A stretch of 64,000 nucleotides of DNA, taken from Vulcanimicrobiota bacterium (GTDB lineage: Bacteria; Vulcanimicrobiota; Xenobia; Xenobiales; JADMJV01). The stretch is from NCBI GenBank assembly GCA_050250895.1, contig JBFWNU010000004.1, positions 558,934 to 622,933 of the forward strand, read 5' to 3'. The notes beneath the pieces were generated by a model, which saw only the letters and a program-made list of their open reading frames with translations, searched no databases and was not told the origin of the DNA. The translations under genes were made by a program, and so were the position numbers. Shown here piece by piece: positions 9,608-18,699 of the stretch. The stretch's first letter is position 1; each line of letters begins with the position of its first letter.

Positions 9608-10633
9608 GTGCTCGATTGGCGACTGGGTGTCGAGGTGGAGTTGCTGGCTCCTCCCGGCCAAAGTCGCTACGATCTGGCCCTGGCCATCGCTCGAGAATAC
9701 GGCGGCACCGTCCGCCGTTTTTTTCATCCTCAATCCGAACCGAGCAAAGTTCCCGGCATGCCGGTTTTTCACAACCTGACCCTGGGTTTCGAGGTCCTGG
9801 ACCCCCGGGGCAAAAGGGTGGCTCAGTGCGTCGACGACTTGACCCTGCAGGCGGATCTCGTGCGCGAAACGCCGCCGCTCTCGGGTTGGTACCGCATCGT
9901 CAGCGACGACGAGCGGCTGCTGCGATTGGTCGCGCGCCAGAGCGACCCCGAGTGCCAACTGGCCGAGGTGCTCGAGCCTTTGGCCCGGCTGTTCGGCACC
10001 GAACTCGAGGCGGGTCCTGGGGGGATGCAGCGAGTCAACGACGAGACGGGGGCTTCGGTGGCCATTGCCGCCCCTTTGCCGGGGGAGCGCGAGCGGCCTT
10101 GCGAGCTGATCACGGCTCCCCTCGACACCGATCACCCGATTCAGCTCGAGCGTTTACTCAAGCTGGCGCGAGAGTTGGGCTTCACCGCGCCGGCGGAAGG
10201 GGCGACCCACTTTCACTTTGATGCCGGCCGGTTGCAGTCGGCCCGGGTGCTGGCCAATCTGGTAAAACTGCTGTGGGCCTGCCCGCTGCGAGAATTGGTG
10301 GGTACCAATCCACGCTGCCGTCGCCTGGGAGCCTGGCCAGACGAACTGCTCGAGGTGGTCAGCGCCCCCGACTTCGCCCAGCTTGACTGGGCTCAGGCAA
10401 CGGCCCGGTTGAGCCCGTTGGCGCTCACCAAATACTGCGACGTCAACCTGCTCAACTGCCTCAACCCACGAGCGCGGCAAAACACGATAGAGGTTCGCAT
10501 TCTGCCGGTCTGGCTCGAAGCCGAGCCCATGCTGAAGATGGCCGCTTTGTTCGCGGCCATCTTCGCGCGAGCCCAGGGCCCCCCGGTGGCGCGCCCCCCC
10601 GAGTCGGTGCCCGAGCTGATGGCGCTGCTTTAG
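9608..10633 (+). CDS. Putative amidoligase (glutamate-cysteine ligase-like fold)
   Basis: GVEVEL, ELITAPL, GATHFHFD, KY.DVNL and TIEVR motifs. Confidence 0.75.
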   Translation: MLDWRLGVEVELLAPPGQSRYDLALAIAREYGGTVRRFFHPQSEPSKVPGMPVFHNLTLGFEVLDPRGKRVAQCVDDLTLQADLVRETPPLSGWYRIVSDDERLLRLVARQSDPECQLAEVLEPLARLFGTELEAGPGGMQRVNDETGASVAIAAPLPGERERPCELITAPLDTDHPIQLERLLKLARELGFTAPAEGATHFHFDAGRLQSARVLANLVKLLWACPLRELVGTNPRCRRLGAWPDELLEVVSAPDFAQLDWAQATARLSPLALTKYCDVNLLNCLNPRARQNTIEVRILPVWLEAEPMLKMAALFAAIFARAQGPPVARPPESVPELMALL

Positions 10634-10900
10634 CTAAATATCGTTAGGGTAACGGAAAGGCTCGCTGGGATCCCACTGAAAGTTGTCGGGCCCCGGCTCG
10701 GGAGCGGGCTTGTCGTCTTGACTGGGAGCCTGGGCGGGGGCAGGACGGCTGGGCGTCCAGCAGTGGCTGAACGGCTCGTTTGGATGATAGCTCTCTTGAG
10801 GCTCGGGAGCCGGTTGCTCGGTCCTGGGCTGTTCGGGAGCCGGCTTAGGGGGAGTGGAAGGTTTCCAGCAATTGCCGAAAGGTTCTCCGACGAGTGACAT
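10634..10900 (-). CDS. Small Pro-rich protein with repeated EPF motifs
   Basis: AGGAGG RBS; EPFGNCWKPS, EPFSHCWTPS, EPFRYPND. Confidence 0.7.
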   Translation of the reverse strand: MSLVGEPFGNCWKPSTPPKPAPEQPRTEQPAPEPQESYHPNEPFSHCWTPSRPAPAQAPSQDDKPAPEPGPDNFQWDPSEPFRYPNDI

Positions 10901-10926
10901 ACGTACCTCCTGGGCGTGGTCTGTCC

Positions 10927-10959
10927 AACCTAAGGCACCGGGCTGAATCTAGACTGAAA
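10927..10959 (-). promoter_or_regulatory. Direct-repeat promoter: TTTCAGT-N4-ATTCAGC-N9-TAGGTT
   Basis: 10927-10961 matches 16371-16405 at 27 of 35 nt; same spacing at 26079 and 30621. Confidence 0.65.
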
Positions 10960-11066
10960 GCCCGGTTCCCCAACCCAAGGATGGCCGTCTCAGGATCGGG
11001 GGGATGTTCCAGGCGGGGGTCTGACCGCTTAGGCTCGACCTATTGCCAGTCCAGGAGGTTATTCTA

Positions 11067-11324
11067 ATGCAAATGACGCGCGAGAAACTCGACTTGAACC
11101 AATGGGTGGAATCGGCCTTTCGCGGAGAGGTACCCGCAGCGGTGCGCGAACTGGTGGATCGCCGCAACACCCGAATTAATGTGCTCGAAGAGATGATGAC
11201 CCAGATGGAGCCTGAACTGCGCAAGGCCGTCGAGTGCCTGCACGAAGCTCAGCAGGCCGAGACGGCCCTGCAATACCAGGTCTTGCAGAGTGTCTTCGAG
11301 CGCCACCTCGCCAATCACCCCTAG
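11067..11324 (+). CDS. Small helical hypothetical protein
   Basis: AGGAGG RBS before ATG 11067, in frame with ORF 11043. Confidence 0.65.
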   Translation: MQMTREKLDLNQWVESAFRGEVPAAVRELVDRRNTRINVLEEMMTQMEPELRKAVECLHEAQQAETALQYQVLQSVFERHLANHP

Positions 11325-11375
11325 CGGTTGGCCCGGACGCTGGCGAGGCGGCCCGCGCAGTGTTACAATCTCAAA

Positions 11376-13055
11376 GTGAACAAACGAGGGGTGGCCATAC
11401 CGACCGCGCTATTCTTTGTTTTGATCATCTTCTTTCTGGCCACCGTCATGGCCGCCCGGGCTCATATGAACCTGCGGCTGTCGCGCTATGAGGCTGACGG
11501 TTTCAAGCGCCAGCAGGCGGCTCGCGGAGCGGCCGCCCAGGCCCTGATCGAACTGAACAAAGACGACAACTGGAAGGTTCACGACAGCGCGGACCGGGTG
11601 ATTTTCGAACGGGATCCACTGGTCACCGAGGCCTGGATCACCCAGGACCCGGACCATCCCCTCATCATGCACATCTTCGGACGGGCGTATCCGGCCGGCA
11701 ACGAAGACATGGCCGAGATCTCGTCGCGGGTGGTTCTGCGCCGGCCCGACATCGAAGGGGTCACCTTCACCAACGCTCCGGTATTTGGCCGCCTGACCCC
11801 CGACTCGATGTTCTATAAGCGAAGCTACGACACCGAATGGACCAAGCTTCCGCCCTGCCCGCGCCTGACCTACTCCGAATCGGGCGTGCTGCAGACCCAC
11901 TCGGGCTACGCCGGTAGCCTGACCAACCTGGCCGCTGACGATCGCGGCCGCCTCTACGCCCACTATGTGCCCGGCTACGACCGAGACGACGCCATCGGCG
12001 ATATCTATCGCGAGAAATACGCCCGCTTCCTCACCACCGGAGATTTCGGCGAGATGTTTCGGGCTGTGCCCGATTATGTCGAGACCCTCGGATCCGGGCT
12101 GCGGGCCCAGGCGTTCGGCGGCAGCGTGATCATGACTTTCGACACGGCCAACGAAAGCTGGAGAGCCCTTCCCCCCGTGCCCGATGTCTCGTTTAGCGGA
12201 GGCACGGCCAGTCTCAACACGTCGCGCATCTACGAAGGCGGCGTGGGGCCGATCGAGGTGTCCAACGACACCCTTTATGTCTCGATCTACAAAGACGGCC
12301 AGGACGGAATGGCCATGCTCGACCTGAATACCGAGACCTGGCAGGCGATCCAGCCGCCGCCTCAGAGTTATTTCACTTCCAGTGGGCAGCGGGTCGACCG
12401 CCCCGGCCTGATGCAAGAGGCCGGCAACGCCGAGGCCGACTCGGCCGGCAACCTCTACGCCAACTGGCTCACCGGTGACCGCAACAACGGAGCCATCTTC
12501 AAAAAGGCTCCGGGGGGTACCTGGGAGTTGCTGCCGCCCCCCGAGGCGGGCCAATTCGCCGAAGACGGCCGCTGGCTTCCTCTGGGAGGCAAAGCCAACA
12601 AGCTGTCTTACCTCGATGTCACTCCCGAGGGGGACGTCTACGCTACCTGGAACGCGCACCTGGACAACTCTTCGCTCGACTACGTCGTCTACCATCTCGA
12701 CACCGACGAGGACGGAGTTCAAAGCTGGGAGCCGGTGCCGCCCTCACCGCGCTTCACCTACGACGACACGGGCAAGGTGCAGCGCCTGACCGGACGCTCG
12801 AGCCTGCTCAAGGCCATGGCCATCGATGCCGAAGGCCAGGTGATCGCCTCGATGTACGAAACGGCCGGCCCCGACCCGCTGGCTCACTACTACGAGGGCG
12901 AGTTCGTGCCGCTGCCTCGGCTGCCCGATAAGCGCGACCGCCCGGATGGCACCTCGGTCGAAGACCCCGACGGTTATCTCGAGCCTTTCCAGGCCGACGG
13001 TGGGGGTTATCGCAACGGTCTGGAGAACCGCTATATTCCGATCTATCGCTATTAA
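11376..13055 (+). CDS. Large minor pilin (PilX/GspK-like N-terminus) with six WxxLPPxP repeats
   Basis: MNKRG-VAIPTALFFVL class III signal lacking E5; extended -10 TGtTACAAT 6 nt before GTG 11376; paralog of 28446-30116. Confidence 0.8.
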   Translation: MNKRGVAIPTALFFVLIIFFLATVMAARAHMNLRLSRYEADGFKRQQAARGAAAQALIELNKDDNWKVHDSADRVIFERDPLVTEAWITQDPDHPLIMHIFGRAYPAGNEDMAEISSRVVLRRPDIEGVTFTNAPVFGRLTPDSMFYKRSYDTEWTKLPPCPRLTYSESGVLQTHSGYAGSLTNLAADDRGRLYAHYVPGYDRDDAIGDIYREKYARFLTTGDFGEMFRAVPDYVETLGSGLRAQAFGGSVIMTFDTANESWRALPPVPDVSFSGGTASLNTSRIYEGGVGPIEVSNDTLYVSIYKDGQDGMAMLDLNTETWQAIQPPPQSYFTSSGQRVDRPGLMQEAGNAEADSAGNLYANWLTGDRNNGAIFKKAPGGTWELLPPPEAGQFAEDGRWLPLGGKANKLSYLDVTPEGDVYATWNAHLDNSSLDYVVYHLDTDEDGVQSWEPVPPSPRFTYDDTGKVQRLTGRSSLLKAMAIDAEGQVIASMYETAGPDPLAHYYEGEFVPLPRLPDKRDRPDGTSVEDPDGYLEPFQADGGGYRNGLENRYIPIYRY

Positions 13056-13431
13056 TCGCCCTCATCGGGTCAAACGCGGCTTCACCCTCAGTGAAGTCAT
13101 GGTGGCTATTATGCTCATCTCGATAGCCCTGCTAGCTCTGGTCTCGATGCAGGCTCACACGCTGCGCTCGGAGGGGATGACCCAACAAAGGCACCAGGCT
13201 TCGGTCATCGCAGGCTCGTATCTGGCCCAGGCCGAAGCTTCTCTCGAGAGCGACTTCGATCGTGATGTGAGTAAGCCACGTCAAACTGCCGACGACCCCG
13301 ATTTCGAGGTCGAGGTCAATCAGCAGCCGCTTGAGCCTGACCTGCAAGCGGTCACGGTGAGAGTGCTCTGGCGAGAGAAGCAGGGGTGGATGGACTATGT
13401 GGTGCGGAGCAAGGTGGCCAGGAGTATCTAG
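12946..13431 (+). CDS. Prepilin-type minor pilin (PilV/GspI-like); start uncertain, GTG 13000 possible
   Basis: KRG-FTLSEVMVA. Confidence 0.8.
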   Translation: MAPRSKTPTVISSLSRPTVGVIATVWRTAIFRSIAINRPHRVKRGFTLSEVMVAIMLISIALLALVSMQAHTLRSEGMTQQRHQASVIAGSYLAQAEASLESDFDRDVSKPRQTADDPDFEVEVNQQPLEPDLQAVTVRVLWREKQGWMDYVVRSKVARSI

Positions 13432-13981
13432 AGCCTTCACGCTGGTCGAACTGATGGTGGCCATCGGGGTCTTTCTCACCTTGATGGTGGCCACCATGTA
13501 TATCTATCAGGTGGGACTGGCCGCTGACCGCAAGTCGTCGGTTCACGGCGAGGCCTATCGGGCCACCGCCCTGGCTCTAAGCCACATCAGGGCAGAGCTG
13601 CAAGGGGCTGATGCCAACCTGTCTCTGGGAGATCCACCCCAATCTAGCCTCGACTATCGGGTACCCGACTGGCAAGATGGTCGCATCAAAGTCGATCGGC
13701 GGGGGCTACCCATCTGGAAAGCCGACCGCCGCATCTGGCTCAAACCCGACGGAACGGTGGTCCGCCAGGAGGGCGACATCGAGCGCGTGCTGTCGCGTCT
13801 GGGCGAGGGCGGCCTGCTCTTCGAGCGAATCGACGAGCAGTTGGTCAAGGTCACCATCGTGGCCAGTCTACAGGGCCCGACCGGCCGGCCAGACGACACC
13901 GCTACCCACCGTATCGAAGCCACCCTCGGCCTCTCTAAGCGACTCTTCTGGGATGACCTGACGGTGTTGCCGGCCTTCTGA
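13397..13981 (+). CDS. Prepilin-type minor pilin (PilW/GspJ-like)
   Basis: RA-FTLVELMVA. Confidence 0.8.
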   Translation: MWCGARWPGVSRAFTLVELMVAIGVFLTLMVATMYIYQVGLAADRKSSVHGEAYRATALALSHIRAELQGADANLSLGDPPQSSLDYRVPDWQDGRIKVDRRGLPIWKADRRIWLKPDGTVVRQEGDIERVLSRLGEGGLLFERIDEQLVKVTIVASLQGPTGRPDDTATHRIEATLGLSKRLFWDDLTVLPAF

Positions 13982-15015
13982 TGGACATCAGCCTGACCCG
14001 CTCGCAGGTGGCTGCTTTCACCCTGCAATTGTCGATCATGATCGACTCGGGCATTCCGCTGCTGCGGGCCCTCGAGGCCCTGACCCTCAGCGACGAGGAC
14101 GGTCCGGCCCTGTTGGCCGAGCGGGTTTGTGTTCAGCTGCATCGCGGCAACTCTCTGTCGGCGGCTTTGCGCAACTTTCCCGAGCACTTTGATCGCACTT
14201 TCACCGGTAGCCTGAAAGTGGGTGAGAAGACCGGCTGCCTGCACTTAGTGCTGGCCAACCTGGCCAGCCAACTCGAGCATGCCGAACGAGAGCGCCAGCG
14301 ATTGGTGAGCTCGCTGACCTATCCGATCGCCTTGTTGGTCACCACCTTCTTGATGATAGGCTTTCTGATCTACTACATGCTGCCGCGCTTCTTGCCGTTC
14401 TTTCTGGCCAGTGGCCAGCCCCTGCCCGGACCGACCAGAGTGGTGATGGCCCTCAGCGGCAACCCCGCCATCAAGGTGGCGCCGCTGCTGTTGGGCGCGG
14501 CTTTCATCCTGCTCTGGACCAACCGTCACCGCCAGGGCCTGATCGATGCCTGGTCGGCCGTGGTGACGCGCCTGCCTTTGCTCGGTCGCGTCGTCTTGCT
14601 GCGGGACCTTTCGCGAATCTGCCTGCAGCTGGCCATTCAAGTCGAAAGCGGCGTGCGACTCGACGACGCCCTGGCCACTACCGCTCGCTCGACCTCGACC
14701 TCTCGCACCCGCGAGGCATTGATGCGAGTGTGGCGAGGAGTGCGCGAAGGTGAAGAATTGGGCACGCTCTTCCGCCAGGAAGCCGACTTCCCGCCGCTAC
14801 TCTGGCAGGCCGTGGTCACCGGCGAAAACTCGGGCAAACTAGCCTCGATGTTCCGGCGAGTGGGCAGGATGTTCGGCGAGCAGTCGCAGCTTCGCCTCGA
14901 GGCTGTGCTGCAATTGCTAGAACCAGCCGTCATGGCCTTCATGGGGTTGGTGGTCGGCTCGATCGTGCTGGCCTGTTTTCTGCCCATCTACCAACTGGTT
15001 CTAACCACCCTCTAG
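13981..15015 (+). CDS. Type II secretion system F / PilC family platform protein
   Basis: FT.QL..MI.SGIPL, GE..G.L, LTYP and LLEP motifs. Confidence 0.9.
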   Translation: MDISLTRSQVAAFTLQLSIMIDSGIPLLRALEALTLSDEDGPALLAERVCVQLHRGNSLSAALRNFPEHFDRTFTGSLKVGEKTGCLHLVLANLASQLEHAERERQRLVSSLTYPIALLVTTFLMIGFLIYYMLPRFLPFFLASGQPLPGPTRVVMALSGNPAIKVAPLLLGAAFILLWTNRHRQGLIDAWSAVVTRLPLLGRVVLLRDLSRICLQLAIQVESGVRLDDALATTARSTSTSRTREALMRVWRGVREGEELGTLFRQEADFPPLLWQAVVTGENSGKLASMFRRVGRMFGEQSQLRLEAVLQLLEPAVMAFMGLVVGSIVLACFLPIYQLVLTTL

Positions 15016-16364
15016 TCCTCGATCGGGATATGGAAGTCACCCACAGTGAGGAGCGAATCCCCGAGTTCGAGCGTGGGCAACACCATTTCGGGCTGCTCGC
15101 GTAGTCGACCGGCCAGCTTCGCCAGGGATTGGCTGCTGAGGGCGTGAACCTGGCCCTTATCGGTGGCCAGATAGACCATGTCGCCTTTGGTGGTCACCAC
15201 AGCCTTGCCGCCGGTTCTGGAAGAAAATCGCCACAATGGCTGGCCTTCCGAGCTGAAGGCTTTGAGCTGACCGGTTCGATCGCAGGTGGCATAGATCGTG
15301 CCGTCGTCACCCACCTGCACACCATCATCGCCGATGTCCAGGCCCGTCTCGACGCTCCAGCGCTTGTGACCTTGCTGGTCCACTGCCAACAACTTGCCGT
15401 GACTGCCCCCGGCATAGATGGTCTGACCGTCGGGCGAGAGCACGGGAGTGCTGCTCAGCTCCATGTTCCCCGCCAGCAAAGCCGTCTCTTGATCCTCGGG
15501 TGATAGTTCGTCAAGGCGTTTTTCGCTCGAGGCGCCGAACTGCCATAGCACCTTACCCTCGGGACTGACCTTACGAAGGTGACTGTTCATGGTCGTGTAC
15601 AGGACTCCGCCGTCGGGAGCCACCGTCACTCCGGTGCCCGTCTGGGCCCGATTGCCATACTCGGATTCCTCGGTCCAGAGCTTCTTGCCCTCGGACCCGA
15701 AGGCGTGAACGATACCGGGGTCCTCGATCACATAAAGGTTACCTTCTGGACCTAGCGCCATCTGGCCGTTGACGTGGTTGTCCAGGCTGGTTCGCCAGCG
15801 CTCGCTGCGGTCAGGATTGAAGGCGACCACATTGCCCTGGTAGTCGCCGGCATAGAGCGAGCCGTCGGGACCGAGAATGGGCGCCTCCTGAAAGTTCTCG
15901 AGGTTGCCCTCCCACTCCAGCTGGCCAGTTTTGGTCGAAAAACCGATCAGACCGGGCTGACCCGGACGGTAGTCAGAGACGGCGAAGACCGTGTCTTCAG
16001 TGGCCACCGGCGAGGCGTAACGACTGAGGCGAGTAGGGTTGCTCCAGAGCTGATGCCCCTCGGGAGCAAGCGCCACCAGCCCCCCCGGGGCCTGAAAATA
16101 CAAATTGCCTTCGGGCCCGATGGAGGCTGGCGATTCTACCCCGGTGGGGATGAACTCGCTCCAGGCGACCACCTCGCTGTGAAAGCTGGGCACCTGATCC
16201 TCGGGCTTGATATCGGGAGCAAACAACCGCTCCAGGTCCTGACGCGACACGGGGCGTGAACGGTCCTCACCCGAGAACTCGACCTGGTCGGGCGAGGCAG
16301 GCCTGGCGGCCGCTCGGGTCGGGCGGGGTGGTGCGCCCAGCGGGGAGCTTCCAATAACGTACAT
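15012..16364 (-). CDS. PQQ-like (BamB-type) beta-propeller protein with a low-complexity N-terminus
   Basis: Repeated P..GPDG.LY...G...A..PDG...W blades. Confidence 0.8.
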   Translation of the reverse strand: MYVIGSSPLGAPPRPTRAAARPASPDQVEFSGEDRSRPVSRQDLERLFAPDIKPEDQVPSFHSEVVAWSEFIPTGVESPASIGPEGNLYFQAPGGLVALAPEGHQLWSNPTRLSRYASPVATEDTVFAVSDYRPGQPGLIGFSTKTGQLEWEGNLENFQEAPILGPDGSLYAGDYQGNVVAFNPDRSERWRTSLDNHVNGQMALGPEGNLYVIEDPGIVHAFGSEGKKLWTEESEYGNRAQTGTGVTVAPDGGVLYTTMNSHLRKVSPEGKVLWQFGASSEKRLDELSPEDQETALLAGNMELSSTPVLSPDGQTIYAGGSHGKLLAVDQQGHKRWSVETGLDIGDDGVQVGDDGTIYATCDRTGQLKAFSSEGQPLWRFSSRTGGKAVVTTKGDMVYLATDKGQVHALSSQSLAKLAGRLREQPEMVLPTLELGDSLLTVGDFHIPIED

Positions 16365-16370
16365 ACCCAG

Positions 16371-16403
16371 AGCCTATGAAACCGAGCTAAAAGTAGACTG
16401 AAA
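16371..16403 (-). promoter_or_regulatory. Direct-repeat promoter TTTCAGT-N4-TTTTAGC-N9-TAGGCT, leaderless to ATG 16364
   Basis: Read directly from the sequence; recurrent architecture. Confidence 0.65.
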
Positions 16404-16497
16404 GCAGATGTTCATAATCCGGCAATGGTCCGGACAAATCGAACCAGCAGACTTAGCGCTGGTCCGCCCTGCTCTTGTCCAACGAAGGAGCCAGGTC

Positions 16498-17475
16498 ATG
16501 AAACTTAATCCCGCCGTCGGTGGACGGCTTACCGTGGTCGCGCACGGCCAGGTCAGCAGTCCCGACATTTCTGCCAACGGCCAGGTGGTCGTTTATAACG
16601 AGTTCAAAGATGGCGAGACCGCCGTCTATAAGTGGCAAGCCGAAGATACCGTCAAGCTGACCACCGACCATTATCCCAGCATGCACCCCACCGTCAACGA
16701 GGACGGCACGGTGGTCGCCTTCACCCGCTACTCGGCCAATAGCCCGAGCCAGGCCGGCAGTTGGGATGTGGCCCGCTGGGAGAACGGCCAGACCCAAATG
16801 CTGGCCACTGGCCCCGGCCACGAAATGGACCCGAAGATCTCTGACGACGGCCGCACCGTCGTCTGGGACGACGACGAAGACGGCAAATTCACCCACGGCA
16901 ATATCGTGAAGTGGCACGACGGTGAGGTCAGCTCTGTCACCACTGGCCGCGAGTTCAACCTCTTTCCCGAGCTCTCGGGCAATGGCGAGCGCGTGGTCTG
17001 GCGCAAGTTCAAGGACGGCGACTCGGCTCTATGGCTCCAAGACGAAGCGGGCACGGTCAAGCCCTTCTTGTCGGCCAAGGGCGATCTGTTCCAACATTCG
17101 CTCTCCGACAGCGGCACCCGCCTGGTCTTTAGCGATAACAGCGGCGCCGACGACGACCTGATGTTCCACGACGAGCGCACCGGCCAGAGTCGGATGGTGG
17201 CCGGCAAGACCGAGGTCAACGAAACCTGGGCGTCAATCTCGGGCGACGGCCACACCATCGCCTGGACCGAACTTGACTTTCGCAAGGGCACTCCGGCCGC
17301 CACCAACGTCTTCCTCGAGCGAGAAGGCCAGGTGCTGCAAGTGACGATCGCCGACAAGGGCGAGGGCCTCAACGTCTCACCCGAACTCTCGCGCGACGGC
17401 AAGAGCCTGGTCTGGACCTGGATCGACAGCAAAGACACCGACAACCGCAAGATCTACAAACTCGACCTGGAGTAG
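16498..17475 (+). CDS. TolB/PD40-like beta-propeller protein
   Basis: Repeated P.IS.DG..VVW motifs; AAGGAG RBS before ATG 16498. Confidence 0.8.
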   Translation: MKLNPAVGGRLTVVAHGQVSSPDISANGQVVVYNEFKDGETAVYKWQAEDTVKLTTDHYPSMHPTVNEDGTVVAFTRYSANSPSQAGSWDVARWENGQTQMLATGPGHEMDPKISDDGRTVVWDDDEDGKFTHGNIVKWHDGEVSSVTTGREFNLFPELSGNGERVVWRKFKDGDSALWLQDEAGTVKPFLSAKGDLFQHSLSDSGTRLVFSDNSGADDDLMFHDERTGQSRMVAGKTEVNETWASISGDGHTIAWTELDFRKGTPAATNVFLEREGQVLQVTIADKGEGLNVSPELSRDGKSLVWTWIDSKDTDNRKIYKLDLE

Positions 17476-17587
17476 GGCAGGAGCGCTGGCTGCGCCAGCG
17501 GGAAAGGAGCGGCTTCGCCGAGACCTCGCCCTTCAGGCGACGAGGAGCCGCCTTCGACGGAGCCGGGGGCGGGCCGCTGGGGCGTTA

Positions 17588-17923
17588 CTAGTGGGCTATC
17601 AGGTAGCCGTCGTGCTGGGCCGGCAAGGCAGCGACTTCGGACTTTACTTCCGGCTTGGCCTCGGGGTTGAAGAAGAAGTCGATCAGCTTCTTGATGAAAT
17701 AGACGCTGACTTCGATGCCGGGCTCGATCAGGATACCCCAGGGGAAGCCCATCATCGTGTCTTGAGGGGGTAGACCGGCTTTGGCCGGCTGGGACGAACC
17801 GAGTTCGACCTGCTCGGCGGGGTCGGAGGTGGTCTCGGTAGGAGTCTCCTCGGTAGTAGCCACTTCGGGCCGGGTAGCGCGCAAAGGCGCCGGGGTAGCG
17901 GTGGAGCTGAGGGAACGAATCAC
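17588..17923 (-). CDS. Small hypothetical protein with a disordered N-terminus and an amphipathic segment
   Basis: AGGAGG RBS before GTG 17923. Confidence 0.65.
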   Translation of the reverse strand: MIRSLSSTATPAPLRATRPEVATTEETPTETTSDPAEQVELGSSQPAKAGLPPQDTMMGFPWGILIEPGIEVSVYFIKKLIDFFFNPEAKPEVKSEVAALPAQHDGYLIAH

Positions 17924-18047
17924 GGGGACCTCCTGCGGTGAAGTTCTCGCAGGACTATGGTAGCCTAACCTATCCCAAAACGATGGCTGATTTCATTGCC
18001 ATTTTGTAACCGCGCCGCCAAGCCTGAAAAAACCCTTAAAATGCGGC

Positions 18048-18630
18048 CAACCAGCCCGGCCTGGCTCCACCCGGAGTGGGCGAAATCCCCCAGCCGGAGT
18101 GGGCGATCGCTAGCCTTGGCCCACCAGCCGGCCTGGCCCCACCCGGAGTGGGCGAAATCCCCCAGCCGGAGTGGGCGATCGCTAGCCTTGGCCCACCAGC
18201 CGGCCTGGCCCCACCCGGAGTGGGCGAAATCCCCCAGCCGGAGTGGGCGATCGCTAGCCCTGGCCCGCCAGCCCGGCCTGGCCCCACCCGGAGTGGGCGA
18301 AATCCCCCAGCCGGAGTGGGCGATCGCTAGCCTTGGCCCACCAGCCGGCCTGGCCCCACCCGGAGTGGGCGAAATCCCCCAGCCGGAGCGGGCGATCGCT
18401 AGCCCTGGCCCACCAGCCGGCCTGGCCCCACCCGAAGTGGGCGAAATCCCCCAGCCGGAGTGGGCGATCGCTAGCCTTGGCCCACCAGCCCGGCCTGGCC
18501 CCACCCGAAGTGGGCGAAATCCCCCAGCCGGAGTGGGCGATCGCTAGCCCTGACCCGCCAGCCGGCCTGGCCCCACCCGGGTTGGGCGAAATCCCCCAGC
18601 CGGAGTGGGCGATCGCGGCCAGCCAGCCCG
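18048..18630. repeat. Tandem array of 8 near-identical 72-73 bp units
   Basis: GAAATCCCCC anchor at 18082, 18154, 18226, 18299, 18371, 18443, 18516 and 18588; each unit holds two CCGGAGTGGGCGA-like sub-repeats. Confidence 0.95.
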
Positions 18631-18699
18631 GCGTGGAGCACCAGCACCGCGACTCCCCTTCAAGGAGACCCGAATACCATGGTATGATGTTAGCTGGAT

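Noticed and set aside
18048-18630. CRISPR array, or the repeat-protein ORFs in the track (17965-18713)
   Set aside because: No unique spacers and no cas genes; 73-bp units shift the frame and ORFs are open on both strands
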